Below, in pieces: positions 49,415-62,937 of a DNA stretch of 64,000 nucleotides (position 1 is its first letter; the number at the start of each line of letters is the position of its first letter). The notes beneath the pieces were generated by a model. That model had not been told where the DNA came from. It did not search any database and saw only the letters and a list, made by a program, of their open reading frames with translations. The position numbers and the translations under genes were made by a program. Source of the stretch: Squalus acanthias (lineage: Eukaryota); contig CM059432.1 of NCBI GenBank assembly GCA_030390025.1, positions 152,398,001-152,462,000 on the forward strand, written 5' to 3'.

Positions 49415-50625
49415 TGTTTCCTTGATTCTTCCTGAAATCTTATACTCTTTTCTTTGTGGCTGTTGAGAGCCCCTTCTTATACCCTTACTCTCATTCAATA
49501 CCTATGGAGACTTACTGAACCAATCACTGGATTACACTCAAAACCCAAAATCCAATCATAAAGATGCCACGTCCGCAGCACCTTGGCTCACGCAGGTTCT
49601 AGTCTTATGACATCCTGACATCATCTGTTTTTGACCATCAAGACTCACATCTGGGGTAGTTATGGCAACACAAAAGAGCATGTCTCCATAGTGTAGAGAT
49701 GCGCGCCCTTGCTGGTCCTGTTTTTAACACTGTCAGACATCATAACATTCCAACACAGATGCAGCTACATCTGACCTTGGATCCCACAGCTAGCTGCACT
49801 CTATGCCTCATCCTTACTGTTGGCTAATATCCAACTTTCACCTCAGTTTCCCTATAGTAGTCCTCTTTCTCACCCCAGGCTGTCTGGGTTACAGCTTACT
49901 CACAGACTTTTAACTATAAGCAAAAGGGTTACATACATAGACTGGTTAGGCCGAATGGCCTGTTTCTGTGCCGTATATCCTATGTAATCCTATGTAATCA
50001 TATATAATCTTTGCATACAATTGATGATTACAGACTTCTACATTTAATTCTTACACACGATTATAAATCCATTACTGATGATTATAAGATATTAATGATT
50101 ATAAGATATTAAAACAAGTATTCTAGAAACCAACTAATCCATGATAATCTTACAATAGTTCACATCCATCTGATGAGAAAGATGGACGGGGCCCCAGTTT
50201 AATGTTTCCTCTGAAAACCCCCCAACAATGCAGCACTCTGTCATTGCTGCACTAAAATTATTTGCTCAACTCTGTTTGGGGTCTTGTACTCGTAACTTTC
50301 TGGCTCAGAGATAAGAGCGGTAACACCTGAGCCAAGCTGGCATTGTTCAATGGCGTGCAGAAAAACAAATCTGTAACTAGAAATCTGAAATTCTCGCCTG
50401 TGGTATCAACTTTCACTCACCATGTGCCCCTTTCCTGCTTTTTCACACCCATTACAGCCAAGAAGGCAGGGAGGGCATGACCGCCGGGACTACAATCTTC
50501 CAACAGCCACGCTTCAAACTGTTATTACATATCATTTGACAGGAGGCAAATCATGGGGAAGAGCAGCTCTCCCTACTGCGTTCTCCTCTCCTGCTCCAAA
50601 ATGCAGTGTTCCATTACAATAAGCC

Positions 50626-51193
50626 TATTCCAACGCACTCCTGGCCGGCCTCCCACATTCCACCCTACGTAAACTTGAGGTCATCCAAAACTCAGCTGCC
50701 CGTGTCCTAACTCGCACCAAGTCCCGTTCGCCCATCACCCCTGTGCTCGCTGACCAACATTGGCTCCTGGTTAAGCAGCGCCTCGATTTCAAAATTCTCA
50801 TCCTTGTTTTCAAATCCCTCCATGGCCTCGCCCCTCCCTATCTCTGTAATCTCCTTCAGCCCCACAACCCCTCCGAGATATCTGCGCTCCTCTAATTCTG
50901 CCCTCTTGAGCATCCCTGATTATAATCGCTCAACCTTTGGTGGCCGTGCCTTCTGTTGCCTCGGCCCTAAGCTCTGGAATTCCCTGCCTAAACCTCTCCG
51001 CCTCGCTACCTCTCTTTCCTCCTTTAAGACGCTCCTTAAAATCTACCTCTTTGACCAAGCTTTTGGTGACCTGCCCTAATTTATCCTTATGTGGATTGGT
51101 GTCAAATTTTTTTGTCTTAAAATACTCCTGTGAAGCACCTTGGGACGTTTTACTACGTTAAAGGCGCTATATAAATACAAGTTGTTGTTGTTG
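50626..51193 (+). mobile_element. L2 LINE 3' fragment
   Basis: IQNSAARVLT..PITPVL..HW..RLDFKIL, (gtt)n tail, and TSD taagcc at 50620-50625 and 51194-51199. Confidence 0.88.
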
Positions 51194-52949
51194 TAAGCCA
51201 TTTCATCGTTCTGGCTCGGCAGGGATTTGACATAACTCACTTATTGAGGATGTCCAAGTTCAAAGGTCAGTAAAGGCTGCAGCTTTAACTTAAGAGGTCT
51301 GAGTATTGCTCACCCCAGAGTGAATCTAGTTTGAATTCAACTTTGCAGCAAGTTGTAGTGTGAAAGCTGTCACTCTGGAGTCAGACTGGTGAGACAACCG
51401 GCTGGTGTTTGAATGAGGCCCGAGTCAGGCTAGTACAAACTGCTGCACTCTGGTAATGGCCTGTGAGTTTTTCAAGTAATTCTGATGCCCCTGAGGTGGA
51501 ATTGGAGGGATGTGAGGTCCCCAGGTTAGCATTTGCAAGCTTTGATGTGAAATGGGTGTGACTGTGGTTAACTTCTTACTGGAGCTGCCTTGCTGTAATA
51601 TGGAGCATGGAGTGAGTTGTGTATGTACCAGCAGACCATGTTAACTGCAGAATTAAAACTCTAGGTACTGATGTAAATGGGGTGCTTGAGGCGCTTTCAT
51701 CGGCCCGTGTGCTGTGCAACAGGTTAAAAGCTAGCGCATTTTTCATTTTATACCTTATATTGAGTGAAATTTTAAGCTACACTTTCAGCAGTTTAATTGT
51801 CAGGGCTCAGGAGATTTAATCCAATGTCAATAGTAACTCTATTTCCGAGCACCTACAAAATAATCTGGAAGTCATGCTGGGCACCGATTGATCTGTGCCT
51901 GGTATTACTTTGCTAAAGGTCAGACAAAATCACCTCCCTTCCCCCTTCTCAGTGGGTTTCAGCAATCCAACTAATTGCTTCAGGATGCATTGCCAAAAAT
52001 CTGCATTAATATTCACTGGTTAAATTCAAAATAGCACCGCTTGGCATTCAGAATCAGACCCTGCCAATACTATCAGCTATATACTTCACGATAAGAATTG
52101 GAAAAAACAAAGTGCTCTCTTTAATTGGAAAAGTGCACATGTGGGTTGCTGTATGCACAGTAACCAATGTTAGCTGCATTCGGTAACAAAATCAGTGATG
52201 TACCATCAGCAGATTCGTGCTGTGCTAATACAGTCATCGCAGAACCGGTGAGGGAGAAAATGAAAACCCGAGTAGGCAAATGATATTCCAGAATAAACAG
52301 GAATTCAGTTCAGAGCATGACATATGTCACCTTTATTTACAAGCTGGGTATAGCACATTTGGTGATGTAACTACCAGTAAATACATATATATATTTCAAA
52401 AATCTCCACCAAGTATACGCTCAGGGGCTCAGTCGTTTATGAGGTGCAAGACCATAAAATGAAGTTGACCTGGAAGGATTTTAAGGAGCCATCTGCTTCT
52501 TGTCTTTTTGCACGACTACAAGCATAGCTGTACGAGAGGCTGCTAACTTCACCACGAAACATAGTTAAAACTGTTAAAAATAAATGAGATGTTGACTTGT
52601 GAAAAATGAAACGAGGTGGAGTCTCATTTAAACAAATGCTTTGGGGATTGTTTGATTATCCAAACGGCATTTTGCAGGTGGAGGGTTGCTTTTCTATGGT
52701 TTTGACCAGTGTCACTGCATGTTTTATTCACAACAGATCCTTCCGGAGTGCAGTTACTTGTGAGCAATGTGCAGTAAAGCCTGGTTTTGAACAAACCCTT
52801 GCTGCCTGTGCTTTCTTGGACTGTCAGTTCTTTTGCTGCAATGCAGCTTTGTTATTTGTGCAGGTCTCGTTTCATGCAACATTTTGGACCAGTCTGATCT
52901 GCTGCAATTAACATCCCTCCATTGTATTTCTAAAGATCCAGCACCTCAG

Positions 52950-53415
52950 TGGTTAGCACGTTGATGTATCCAGTGTACTATAACACATTGGTATACCCCT
53001 GTGGCATAGCATATTGATGTACCAGCTGATTTTAAAGGTATGAGAGAATGCATGGGATTGTTAAAATGAGAAGTGATTTTGGAAAGAAACAATGTGGATG
53101 GAAAGTACAATAGTTTCAAAGGGATAGTTTTTAAGATGCAAAAGGTATTTATCCCTGAAATAGGTTAGGGACAGAATAAAAGAGTAAGACCAGTTAGGCT
53201 TCTAACAGTGTTGTGAAAGACATGAGGGAGAAAGCACGCAATATTTTCAAATGCACTATGTAGTGTACCATTGATATAACAGTGTACCATAGCATTATGG
53301 TGTACCAGTGTTGCATTGGAAATTGGTATATATTGGTGTACTAGCTTAGCATACCATAGCACATTGGTGTACCAGTGTACCGTAGCACATTGGTGAACCA
53401 GTGTACTGTAGCACA
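52950..53415. repeat. Degenerate ~26-bp minisatellite (gtgtaccatagcacattggtgtacca) interrupted by a CR1-like fragment
   Basis: Repeated units at 52955-53025 and 53260-53415. Confidence 0.65.
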
Positions 53416-55809
53416 GGGTTAAGAAACATGACGGAGCTGTTACATTGCTGGGTGTTTACTATAAACCCCAAAATAGTGAGAAGGAGATACAGGAGTAAAT
53501 CTGTAGGCAAATTTCAAAGAAATGTAAAAATAATAGATCAGTAACAGTAGGAGACTTCAATTATCATCCTGACTTGGAAATATATCACCGATCCTTCATC
53601 ATTGCTGGATCGAAATCCTGGAACTCCCTCCCAACAGCACTATGGGAGTACCTTCACCACACGGACTGCAGCAGTTCAAGAAGGCAGCTCACCACCACCT
53701 TCTCGAGGGCAATTAGGGATGGGCAATAAATGCTGGCTTTGCCAGCGATGCCCACATCCCAGGAATGAATAAATTAAAAGAAAAACTTTTATAGGCTGGG
53801 GAAAAAACAGAGTAAAGGGAAGGAAGGTAAAAAATTCCTAAAATATGTACAGGAGAACTTCCTTAATCAGTATGTTTCTAGCCTGCGATTGTATTAGTGT
53901 TTAATTCACTGCTACTTCTCTTCCAGGAATGCCCATCTTGAAGAAGTTCTGCTCTTCTCTCCGACGGGATTTCCGTTTGTCTCTTTTACCTTGCTCACCT
54001 TCATTGCTTTCTGTTTCCCTTCTCGTGTTTGATCAGATATCTACCAAAACTCACTTTCACAGCCACATCTCTCTCTTCAGCAACTGTCTCCAGCTCCGAC
54101 TTATTCCACGTGAATTCCAACTGAAATTCCAATCTTCATGTTTTGGATCAATCCAGGATTACAGACATTGGCGAGATGTTCACCGTTGCTCGAACCACTG
54201 CTCTCGTTGCTTCCTGAGATCCACGCTCAACGCCATGAGCTGCCACATGCACGTGCTCGACTTCTCTCTTCAACAGCACCGACTCACTCTATCTCAGAGT
54301 TGTCCTGGTCCGCAGTTCCATTTTATCCTTTGCCTCATCCGGTGCTTTAACAAAACATTTTTTTCTTTCTTTCAGGTGTCAAGGATCGCAAGCTTCAAGA
54401 GCTCTTGGATACCAACGCCCCTCCAGATGCTTCTTCCCTTTCCCATCCCTCCTTCCAATCTCCCCAACACAGCAGATCCTTTCTCCCAACTTTAGAACTC
54501 TTGTTCCACATGGACTCCTTCCTCTCGCCTCTTACCCTCTCTAGATCTTTTCATTGGGAACTGCCGGCGTGACATTGGCCGTCTCAATTTTTCTACTCTG
54601 CTCACCCACTCTAACCTACCTCCCTCTGAACTTGCAGCAGTCCGTTTTCTCCGGTCCAGCCCTAACATTGTCATTAAACCTGCTGACAAGGGTGGCGCTG
54701 TTGTTGTTGGGCAAACCAATCTCTACCTTGCGAAAGCTGAATGCCAACTCTCTGACGCCTACTCCTACCTTCCCCTGGACCATGACCCCACCACCGAACA
54801 TCAAGCCATCGTTTCTCAGACTGTCACTGACCTCATCTCCTCTGGTGATCTTCCCTCCACGGCCTCACAGCACATAGTCCCCTAAACCCACACAGCCTGC
54901 TTCTACTTCCTTCCCAAGATCCACAAACAGGACTGCTCTGGTAGACCCATCATTTCAGCCTGTTCTTGCCCAATGGAACTTATTTCTTCCTATCTTGACT
55001 CTATTTTTTCTCCCCTTATCCAGTCTCTTCCTACCTACATCCGCGACTCTTCTGACGCACTCCGCCACTTTAACAGTTTCCAGTTTCCTGGCCCCAACCG
55101 TCTCCTTTTCACCATGAACGTCCAGTCCCTCTACACCTCCATCCTTCACCAGGATGGCCTAAGGGTCCTCCGCTTCTTCCTTGAACAGAGGCCCAACCAG
55201 TCCCCATCCACCACCACCCTCCTCCGCCTGGCTGAACTTGTTCTTACATTGAACAATTTCTCCTTTGACTCCACTCACTTCCTCCAAATAAAAGATGTTG
55301 CTTGGGGAACCCACGTGGGTCCTAGCTATGCCTGCCTTTTTGTGGGAAACGTGGAACATTCTTTGTTCCAGTCCTACTCCGGTCCCCTCCCTCACCTCTT
55401 TCTCCGGTACATTGATGACTGTATCAGTGCCACGTCCTGCTCTCACCCCAAACTGGAAAATGTAATCAACTTTGCTTCCAATTTCCACCCCTCCCTCACT
55501 TTCACATGGTCCATCTCCAATTCTTCCCTTCCCTTCCTCGACTTCTCTAACTCCATTTCTGGGGAAAGGTTGTTGACCAATATCTACTATAAGCCCACTA
55601 ACTCACACAGCTACCTTGATTACACTTCCTCCCACCCCGCTTCCTGTAAGGACTCTGTTCCATTCTCCCAGATTCTCCATCTCCATCACATCTTTTACGA
55701 CGATGCCATCTTCCATACCGATAAGTCTTCCTTTTTCCTCAACCAAGGATTCTCCTCCACCATGGTTGACAGGGCCCTCGACCATGTCCGTTCCATTTCC
55801 CGCACTTCC

Positions 55810-56712
55810 CGCAGCTAGGGGCTAAATTAAAAAGCAGGACCACAAAGGTAATAATCTCTGGATTACTACCTGAGCCACGAGCAAATTTGCATAGGGTAAA
55901 TAAGATCAGAGAAATGAATGAGTGGCTCAAAGACTGGTGTGGGAGAAATGGGTTTTGATTTGTGGGGCACTAGCACCAGTACTGGGATAAGAGGGAGCTG
56001 TTCCGTTTGGACGGGCTTCACTTGAACCATGCTGGGGCTAGAGTCCTGGTGAATCGAATAACTAGGGCTGTAGAGAGGGCTTTAAACTAAATAGTGGGGG
56101 GGAGGATCCAGGTGAGCGGGAATTTAAAAAGTCACTGAGAAATGAGAAAGCAATAGAGCAGGATAGAGATGGGGGAAATAATAACCAGAGTGCGACAGGA
56201 AGGGACAGAGGGGGAGAAATTCAGTATCGCCCCATTTGGGGCGCAATTATCGGCCGGGCGCAAAGATTAGCACCTGGCGCTAATTATTGCCTCCGACTGC
56301 AAACTTGACTTTTATCGCCCCCTGGAGGTGATTGGAGCGCTAAATCAGGCGCTACACACCTGTCTTAAGGCGCAAAGGCCGAGGAGCGAGGCGCTAACTC
56401 AGAGCGCTGGCGAAGCTCATGTGATGTCAGTCAGCAATGGAACACAGACACAATGGCGCCGGCCAGTTCTTAAAGGGGAGGGTTGATCTTGCTTTCCATC
56501 CACATCCTGCTCATTGCAGCCTTGAATCTCGGCCTGGAGAGACCTGTACATCAAATCTGCTGGAAAGAACAATGGAGAGAACCAGAGAAAGAGCTCAGAG
56601 TGCAGCCCCCACAGACTCTTCTAAATCGATACAAGGAAGGGCAAATCAAAATGACCCTGCAAAGTGCTGCTCAGTACCCAAAACTCCTTCACACAGCATT
56701 GAATCTCTCCAG

Positions 56713-56743
<31 letters not shown>

Positions 56744-59700
56744 AGAATGCGTGGTTCAAAAATGTCACCAACAAAAAAAGGCAGGAAGTGGTCGCCTTTA
56801 AATAGCGCTCCCCCAGTCCCTTCCTGACTGCAAAACGCTCCCCTCAACCTGTCGTTGCTAGCGGCAGGCGGTAAGGCAGGGGGCGCCACTCAATATCCGC
56901 TACCGGGGCGTTGCGCACTCGACTGACGTCACGATCTGCTGGCGCAGGAGATCGTGGTGGTAGTGTTTAGCGCCGCCGCAAAATGTCTAGTTAATTTCGC
57001 GAGTGGCGCAAACATCGCCGCGCCCGGGCGCTAGTTGCTTTGCGCCCCATTAGCGCCCTCTTAAGGCGCTAACGGGTGGCGCAACCAACTGAATTTTTCC
57101 CCCAGAATGTTTAAAAATAAGAGTGCAACAGAAAATGGGGCCAAAACAAGGAGGAATGGTAAAAAGACAAAGTTAAAAGCTCTATATCTGAATGCACGCA
57201 GCATTCGTAACAAGATAAATGAGTTGAAGGCATTACAGAGATGTGGTTGCAAGGTGATCAGGGCTGGGAACTGAATATTCCAGGATATTTGACAATTCGG
57301 AAGGATAGACAGAAAGGAAAGGGAGGTGGGGTGGCTTTGTTGGTAAAGGATGGGATCAGTGCAGTGTTGAGAAGTGATATTGGATCAGAAGATCAAGATG
57401 TAGAATCGGTTTGGGTGGAGATAAAAATAATAAAGGGAAAAAGTCTCTGGTGGGCGTAGTCTACAGGCCCCCGAACAGTAGCAATACTGTTGGACAGAGT
57501 ATAAATCAACAAATAATGGAGGCCTGTAAAAAAGGTACGGTAATAATCATGGGTGATTTTAATCTCCATATTGATTGGACAAATCAAATTGGCCATGGTA
57601 GCCTTGAGGAGGAGTTCACAGAGTGCATCCGGGATGGTTTCCTAGAACAGTATGTAATGGAACCAACCAGGGAGCAGGCTATCTTGTATCTGGTACTGTG
57701 TAATGAGACAGAATTAATAAATGATCTCATAGTAAAGGATCCTCTAGGAAAGAGTGATCATAGCATGGTTGAATTTCAAATTCAGTTGGAGGGTGAGAAA
57801 GTTGTATCTCAAACCAGTGTCCTGATCTTAAACAAAGGCATGAGGGCAGAACTGGCTAAAGTGGACTGGAAAAATAAATTAAAGGGTAAGACAGTTGAAA
57901 TGCAGTGGCGGACATTTAATTTCATAACTCTCAACAAAAATATATTCCAGTGAGAAAGAAAGATTTTAAGAGAAGGGAGCACCATCCGTGGCTAACTAAG
58001 GAAGTAAAGGATGGTATCAAATTGAAAACGAAGGCATACAATGTTGCCAAGATTGGTGGGAGATCAGAGGATTGGGAAATTTTTTAAAACCAGCAAAGGA
58101 TGACTAAAAAAATAATAAAGAGAGAGAAGATGAATTATGAGAGTAATCTGGCAAGAAACATTAAAACAGATAGTAAGAGCTTCTACAGGTATATAAAAAG
58201 GAAGAGGGTAGCTAAAGTAAACGTTTGTCCCTTAGAGGATGAGACTGGGGAATTAATAATGGGGAACGGGGAAATGGCAGAGACTCTGAACAAATATTTT
58301 GTATCTGTCTTCATGGTAGAAGACACTAACAGCATCCCAAAAATGGATAATCAAGGGGCCACAGGGAGGGGGGAACTAAAGACAATCACTATCACTAAGG
58401 AAATAGTATTTGGTAAAATAATGGGACTAAAAGATGACAAGTCCCCTGGACCAGATGGCCTGCATCCCAGAGTCTTAAAAAAAGTGGCTGCAGAGATAGT
58501 GGATGCATTGGTTGCAATATACCAAAATTCCCTGGACTCTGGAGAGGTCCCAACGGATTGGAAAACCGCAAATGTAACACCCCTATTTAAGAAAGGAGGG
58601 AGACAGAAAGCAGGAAACTATAGACCAGTTAGCCTAACATCTGTCATTGGGAAAATGCTAGAGTCCTTCATTAAGGAAGCAGTAGCAGGGCATTTGGAAA
58701 ATCATAATGCAGTCAAGCAGAGTCAGCATGGTTTATGAAAGGGAAATCATGTTTAACAAACTTGCTGGAGTTCTTTGAGGAGGTAACGAGCAGGGTGGAC
58801 AAAGGTGAACCAGTGGATGTGGTGTATTTGGATTTCCAGAAGGCATTTGATAAGGTGCCACATAAAAGGTTACTGCATAAGATAAGAGCTCATGGAATTG
58901 GGGGTAATATATTGGCATGGATAGAGAATTGGCTAACTTACAGAAAGCCAGAGAGTTGGGATAAATGGGTAATTTTCCAGTTGGCAAACGGTAACTAGTG
59001 GGGTGCCACAGGGATCGGTGCTGGGGCCTCAACTATTTACAATCTACATTAATGACTTGGATGAAGGGACCGAGTGTAATGTAGCCAAGTTTGCGGATGA
59101 TACAAAGATGGGTGGGAAAGCAAGTTGTGCAGAGGACTCAAAGAACCTGCAAAGGGATATAGACAGGCGAAGTGAGTGGGCAAACATTTGGCAGATGGAG
59201 TATAATGTGGGAAAGTGCGAGGTTATACACTTTGGCAGGAAAAATAAAAAAGCAAATTATTATTTAAATGGGGAGAGATTACAAAATGCTACAGTTCAGA
59301 GGGACCTGGGGGTCCTTGTGCATGAAACACAAAAAGTTAGCATGCAGGTACAGTAAGTAATCAGGAAGGCAAATGGAATGTTGGCCTTTATTTCAAGGGG
59401 GTTGGAGTATAAAAGCAGGGAAGTCCTGCTACAACTGTACAGGGTATTGGTGAGACCACACCTTGAGTACTGTGTACAGTTTTAGTCTCCTTATTTAAGG
59501 AAGGATATACTTGCATTGGAGGCAGTTCAGAGACGATTCACTAGTTAATTCCAGAGATGAGGGGCTTGACTTATGAGGAAAGGTTGAGCAGGCTGGGCCT
59601 ATACTCATTGGAATTTAGAAGAATGAGATGTGATCTTATTGAAACATATAAAATACTGAGGGGGCTCGACAGGGTAGATGCAGAGAGGATGTTTCCCCTC

Positions 59701-60018
59701 GTGGTGAAATCTAGAACGCAGGGGCACAGTCTCAGAATAAAGGGTCGCCCTTTTAGAACTGAGATGAGGAGGAATTTCTTCTTTCTGAGGGTCGTAAATC
59801 TGTGGAATTCTCTGCCCCAGAGAGCTGTGGAGGCTGGGTCATTGAATATATTTAAGGTGGAGATAGACAAATTTTTACAAGATAAGGGAGTGAAGGGTTA
59901 TGGGGAGCGGGCGGGGAAGTGGCTTTGAGCCCAAGATCAGCCATGATCTTATTGAATGGCGGAGCAGGCTCAAGGAGCCAAGTGGCCTATTCCTGCTCCT
60001 ATTTCTTATGTTCTTATG
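55810..60018 (+). mobile_element. CR1 LINE (3' half of esterase ORF1, full disrupted ORF2, tail)
   Basis: KSRTTKVIISGLLP..DGLHLN, then ORFs 57411-57953, 58100-58738, 58735-58998, 59003-59356 and 59557-59928. Confidence 0.93.
56210..57103. mobile_element. PIF/Harbinger-type MITE
   Basis: 16-bp TIR GGGGGAGAAATTCAGT / ACTGAATTTTTCCCCC and TSD AGA. Confidence 0.9.
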
Positions 60019-60362
60019 TTCTGCTTTCACCCCTTCCCCTCCCTCTCAGAACCACGATAGGGTTCCCTTTGTGCTCACCTTCAACCCCACCAGCCTCCAC
60101 ATTCAACGGATCATCCTCTGCCATTGCCGCCACCTCCAGCTTGATGCCACCATCAAACACATCTTGCTCTCCCCTTTCAGCATTTTGAAGGGACCGTTTC
60201 ATTCGCGACACCCTGATCCACTCTTCAATCACCCCCACCATCCCCTTCCCTTCCCACTCCACCTTCCCTTTTACCTCCTCCCTTCCCACCATCTAGGGCC
60301 CCAAACACTCTTTCCAGGTGAAACAGTGATTTACTTGTACTACTTCCAATTTAGTATACTAT

Positions 60363-62591
60363 GGCTGCAAAATTCCATGTAACAGCACGGCTGTTAAGGC
60401 CGGTTTTGTTTAAAAAGTGGCGGCCGCCTTGTTTCCGCTCGCTTCTGTTGTGGGACACGGCGGCCACCATTTAGGAGAGGTCGGCAGCGCTGCCGTTGCC
60501 TGCGCTCGCCCGTCCAATGTAAATGTGCAGATTGTGACATCAATCGGCGTGCAACGCCTGATTTGACGCACAACTGCGATTTTGGATGTCGCCGCACTCC
60601 ATAACGCCCTCTCCTAACCGTGCACGGAAGTACGTGTGTACAGCAGTTGTACAGAGACGCTGTCTGCGCTTCTTTCAGGTAAGTTTCGATTTCAGCTTTT
60701 GGATTTAAAAAAATATTTTATTGGAGTAGTGGCTTGGTGCAGTATATTTAAAAAGCTGATAAAGTGTGCAGGGAGTGCTGCTGGATGCTTGCAAGGCTTT
60801 GGATGTTAAAGGAATGCCTCTGAGAAGACCACTTGCTCCCAGTCTTGAGAGCTCTAGTTGCAGTCGCCTTGGGCTGCAACATCACACGGAGATGAAGCAG
60901 AGGCAGCAAAGGGGACAAGCTGCTCGCAGAGGGAGGAGGAGGGAGGCAGAAGAGGAGGGAGGCTGAAGAGGAGGGAGGCAGAAGAGGACGGCGGCAACCC
61001 AGACAGCCCCTTTCTGGCCGGATATCTGGAATCAAATCATCCGCCTGCGGTACCAGTGACCACAACCCTAATTCGCCTTTCAACATTTGTTCCACACCTT
61101 ACCTTCCCTCTGTTACTGACCATCCCAATGTCCTCTTGGCTACAATGCTGAAATAAGAGCCACCACAAAGCAAAGTTTCCAATCCAACTTTATCCTTATA
61201 TGCATCCAATATGACATCAAAAAAATCAACTAATCACCCTTGTGCATTCCCTTAGTGACTGTCTTTTTGTGCCTTTGCCTATCCTACTGATGTCACTCAG
61301 TGCTACCCCAGTGGCTGCAGCATGGCTGGTGGAAGGCTGCTGACTTTCAGTAGGGGAGACTGCAGATGGCCTCTGCAGGACGACCTTGAGGAGCTGGTGG
61401 CTGAGAGTGTGAAATCGAGTGACGGTGTTGTTTCTTTTTCTTCACTCTCCTCTCTTCTTGGCCAACCAATGGCTGGGCAGGCTGGATATCTTGGGCGTCT
61501 GAAATGAGGAAGGCACAAGGGTGGAGTTGTGGTGCGGGGTGGGGGTTGACGGGAAAGCAAGAGGTGCACGTTTACACTATGCGCAGCTTGTACATCAGAA
61601 GAGATTGTGGGATGAGGGGGAAGTGGGATGTGAGAAGGAGGATAACGTATGAGGATACCGGCATCCTATATTCTTTCAGCCCTGCCGCTGGCCAAGGGCT
61701 CAGCCATGCCCCTGCCAAGAGTGGCCAGCACCATCTCCTCCAAGGTGGCGAGGTGAAGCTATGAATGCGAGGTGAGCCTCGTGTTTGGTACAGATTGCTG
61801 GTAGGAGAGTGATGGATGGGGGGCAGGGGGGGGGGGAAGTCGTGGATTGAGCAGTGTCTGAGGCTAGTGTTGCAGTTGGTAGGAGACAACTTTTGAAGAT
61901 GCATTCACTGACCTTGACCACTCTTCTGAGGTCATGAAACTTCTTTGGGCACTGGAGCCAGGTCCTGGGGGGCGACACTGCTGGCAGTGACGGCCTCTGT
62001 GATCTGGTCCCACATCCTTCCTTCTGGAGTGCCTCCTGGCCCCTGTGGGTAGAGGACCCCTCTTCCACTGTTGACCCCCCTGTACAAAGCTGGAGTGCTG
62101 TGTGTGAAACCCTGGGTGCCCCTTCCCTGGCCTGTTGAGCCATTTGTGTTCGTGCTGAAGCACTTTTACCATTTTTTACATGCAGAAGGCAGTTCAGCTT
62201 TAAGAAGAAAACTGCCTAGTTTGGAAAGATCTTTACTTTTTTTTCCAGAAGGCAGTTGAGCTTTAAGGGCTAGAGACTGCCTATGTTTCGAACAATTTTA
62301 AATTTTTTTATTTCAGAAGCCAGTTAAAGGCTCAAGACTGCTTTCTAAAATGACAGCCTTGCTTTAAGAAAATGCAGCCCCACTCCAGGGACGCTGCAGG
62401 GATGCGACAGTGGGCCTCCTGCTGAGCGCACAGCCTGAAGCAGTACTTTTGTCACTGGGCTGTGCACTGAAATCATTCAAATCAGCAGGGAGCACTAAAA
62501 TAACATCCTGCCTGCGATTTTTAAACAGGCGCGAGCAAATCTCGCCCCACGGTGCCACCGCCTATTTCGGGCCTTATCGAATTTCTAGGCC
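60363..62591 (-). mobile_element. Non-autonomous Harbinger element with decayed, intron-containing Myb/SANT gene (~61290-62143, minus)
   Basis: Imperfect TIR GGCTGCAAAATTC / GAATTTCTAGGCC and TSD tat/tac. Reads AREGAPRVS..PRTWLQCPKKFHDLRRVVK|gtcagt, with later exons LEEMVLATLG and TPSLDFTLSATSS. Confidence 0.72.
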
Positions 62592-62937
62592 TACATTTAT
62601 TGCTCGCGATGCAGTCTCCTCTACATTGGGGAGACCAAACGGAGATGGGGTGATCGCTTTACAGAACACTTCCGTTCATTCTGCAAGCGTGACCCCGAGC
62701 TTCCGGTCGCTTGTCACTTTCAGCCCCACTCCCACTCTGACCTCTCTGACCTCGGCCTCCTACACTGCTCCAATGAAGCTCAACGTAAGCTCGAGGAACA
62801 GCACCTCCTCTTTCGATTAGACACTTTACAGCCTTCCGGACTCAACATCGAGTTCAACAATTTCAGTTCATAACCATTGCTTCGGACAGCAGCTGCTGGT
62901 AATGATTCTGCTACTGTCATTTATAGCTCCTCCAGAC

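Larger units (their letters stand above)
45455..50154 (-). mobile_element. LTR retroelement / ERV-like element, non-autonomous: 5' LTR 48683-50154, PBS, internal region, 14-bp remnant of 3' LTR
   Basis: 4-bp TSD atag (45451-45454, 50155-50158) splits a SINE. Minus-strand LTR reads TGTAAGA..TCTTATA with TATAA (~49480) and AATAAA (~48755). tataagatcccaga occurs at both 48683 and 45455. Confidence 0.8.
53884..62935 (+). mobile_element. Near full-length decayed PLE (second family) in three pieces: 53884-55809, 60019-60362, 62592-62935
   Basis: N-terminal ORF 53929-54495, IKPADKGG, RT ORF 54973-55818 (SLYTSI, RYIDD). The GIY-YIG LVY..LYIGET motif is split by the Harbinger insertion. Confidence 0.88.

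Noticed and set aside
52950..53415. CRISPR-like semi-palindromic repeats
   Set aside because: Eukaryotic context, head-to-tail degenerate units without unique spacers, and no cas genes.
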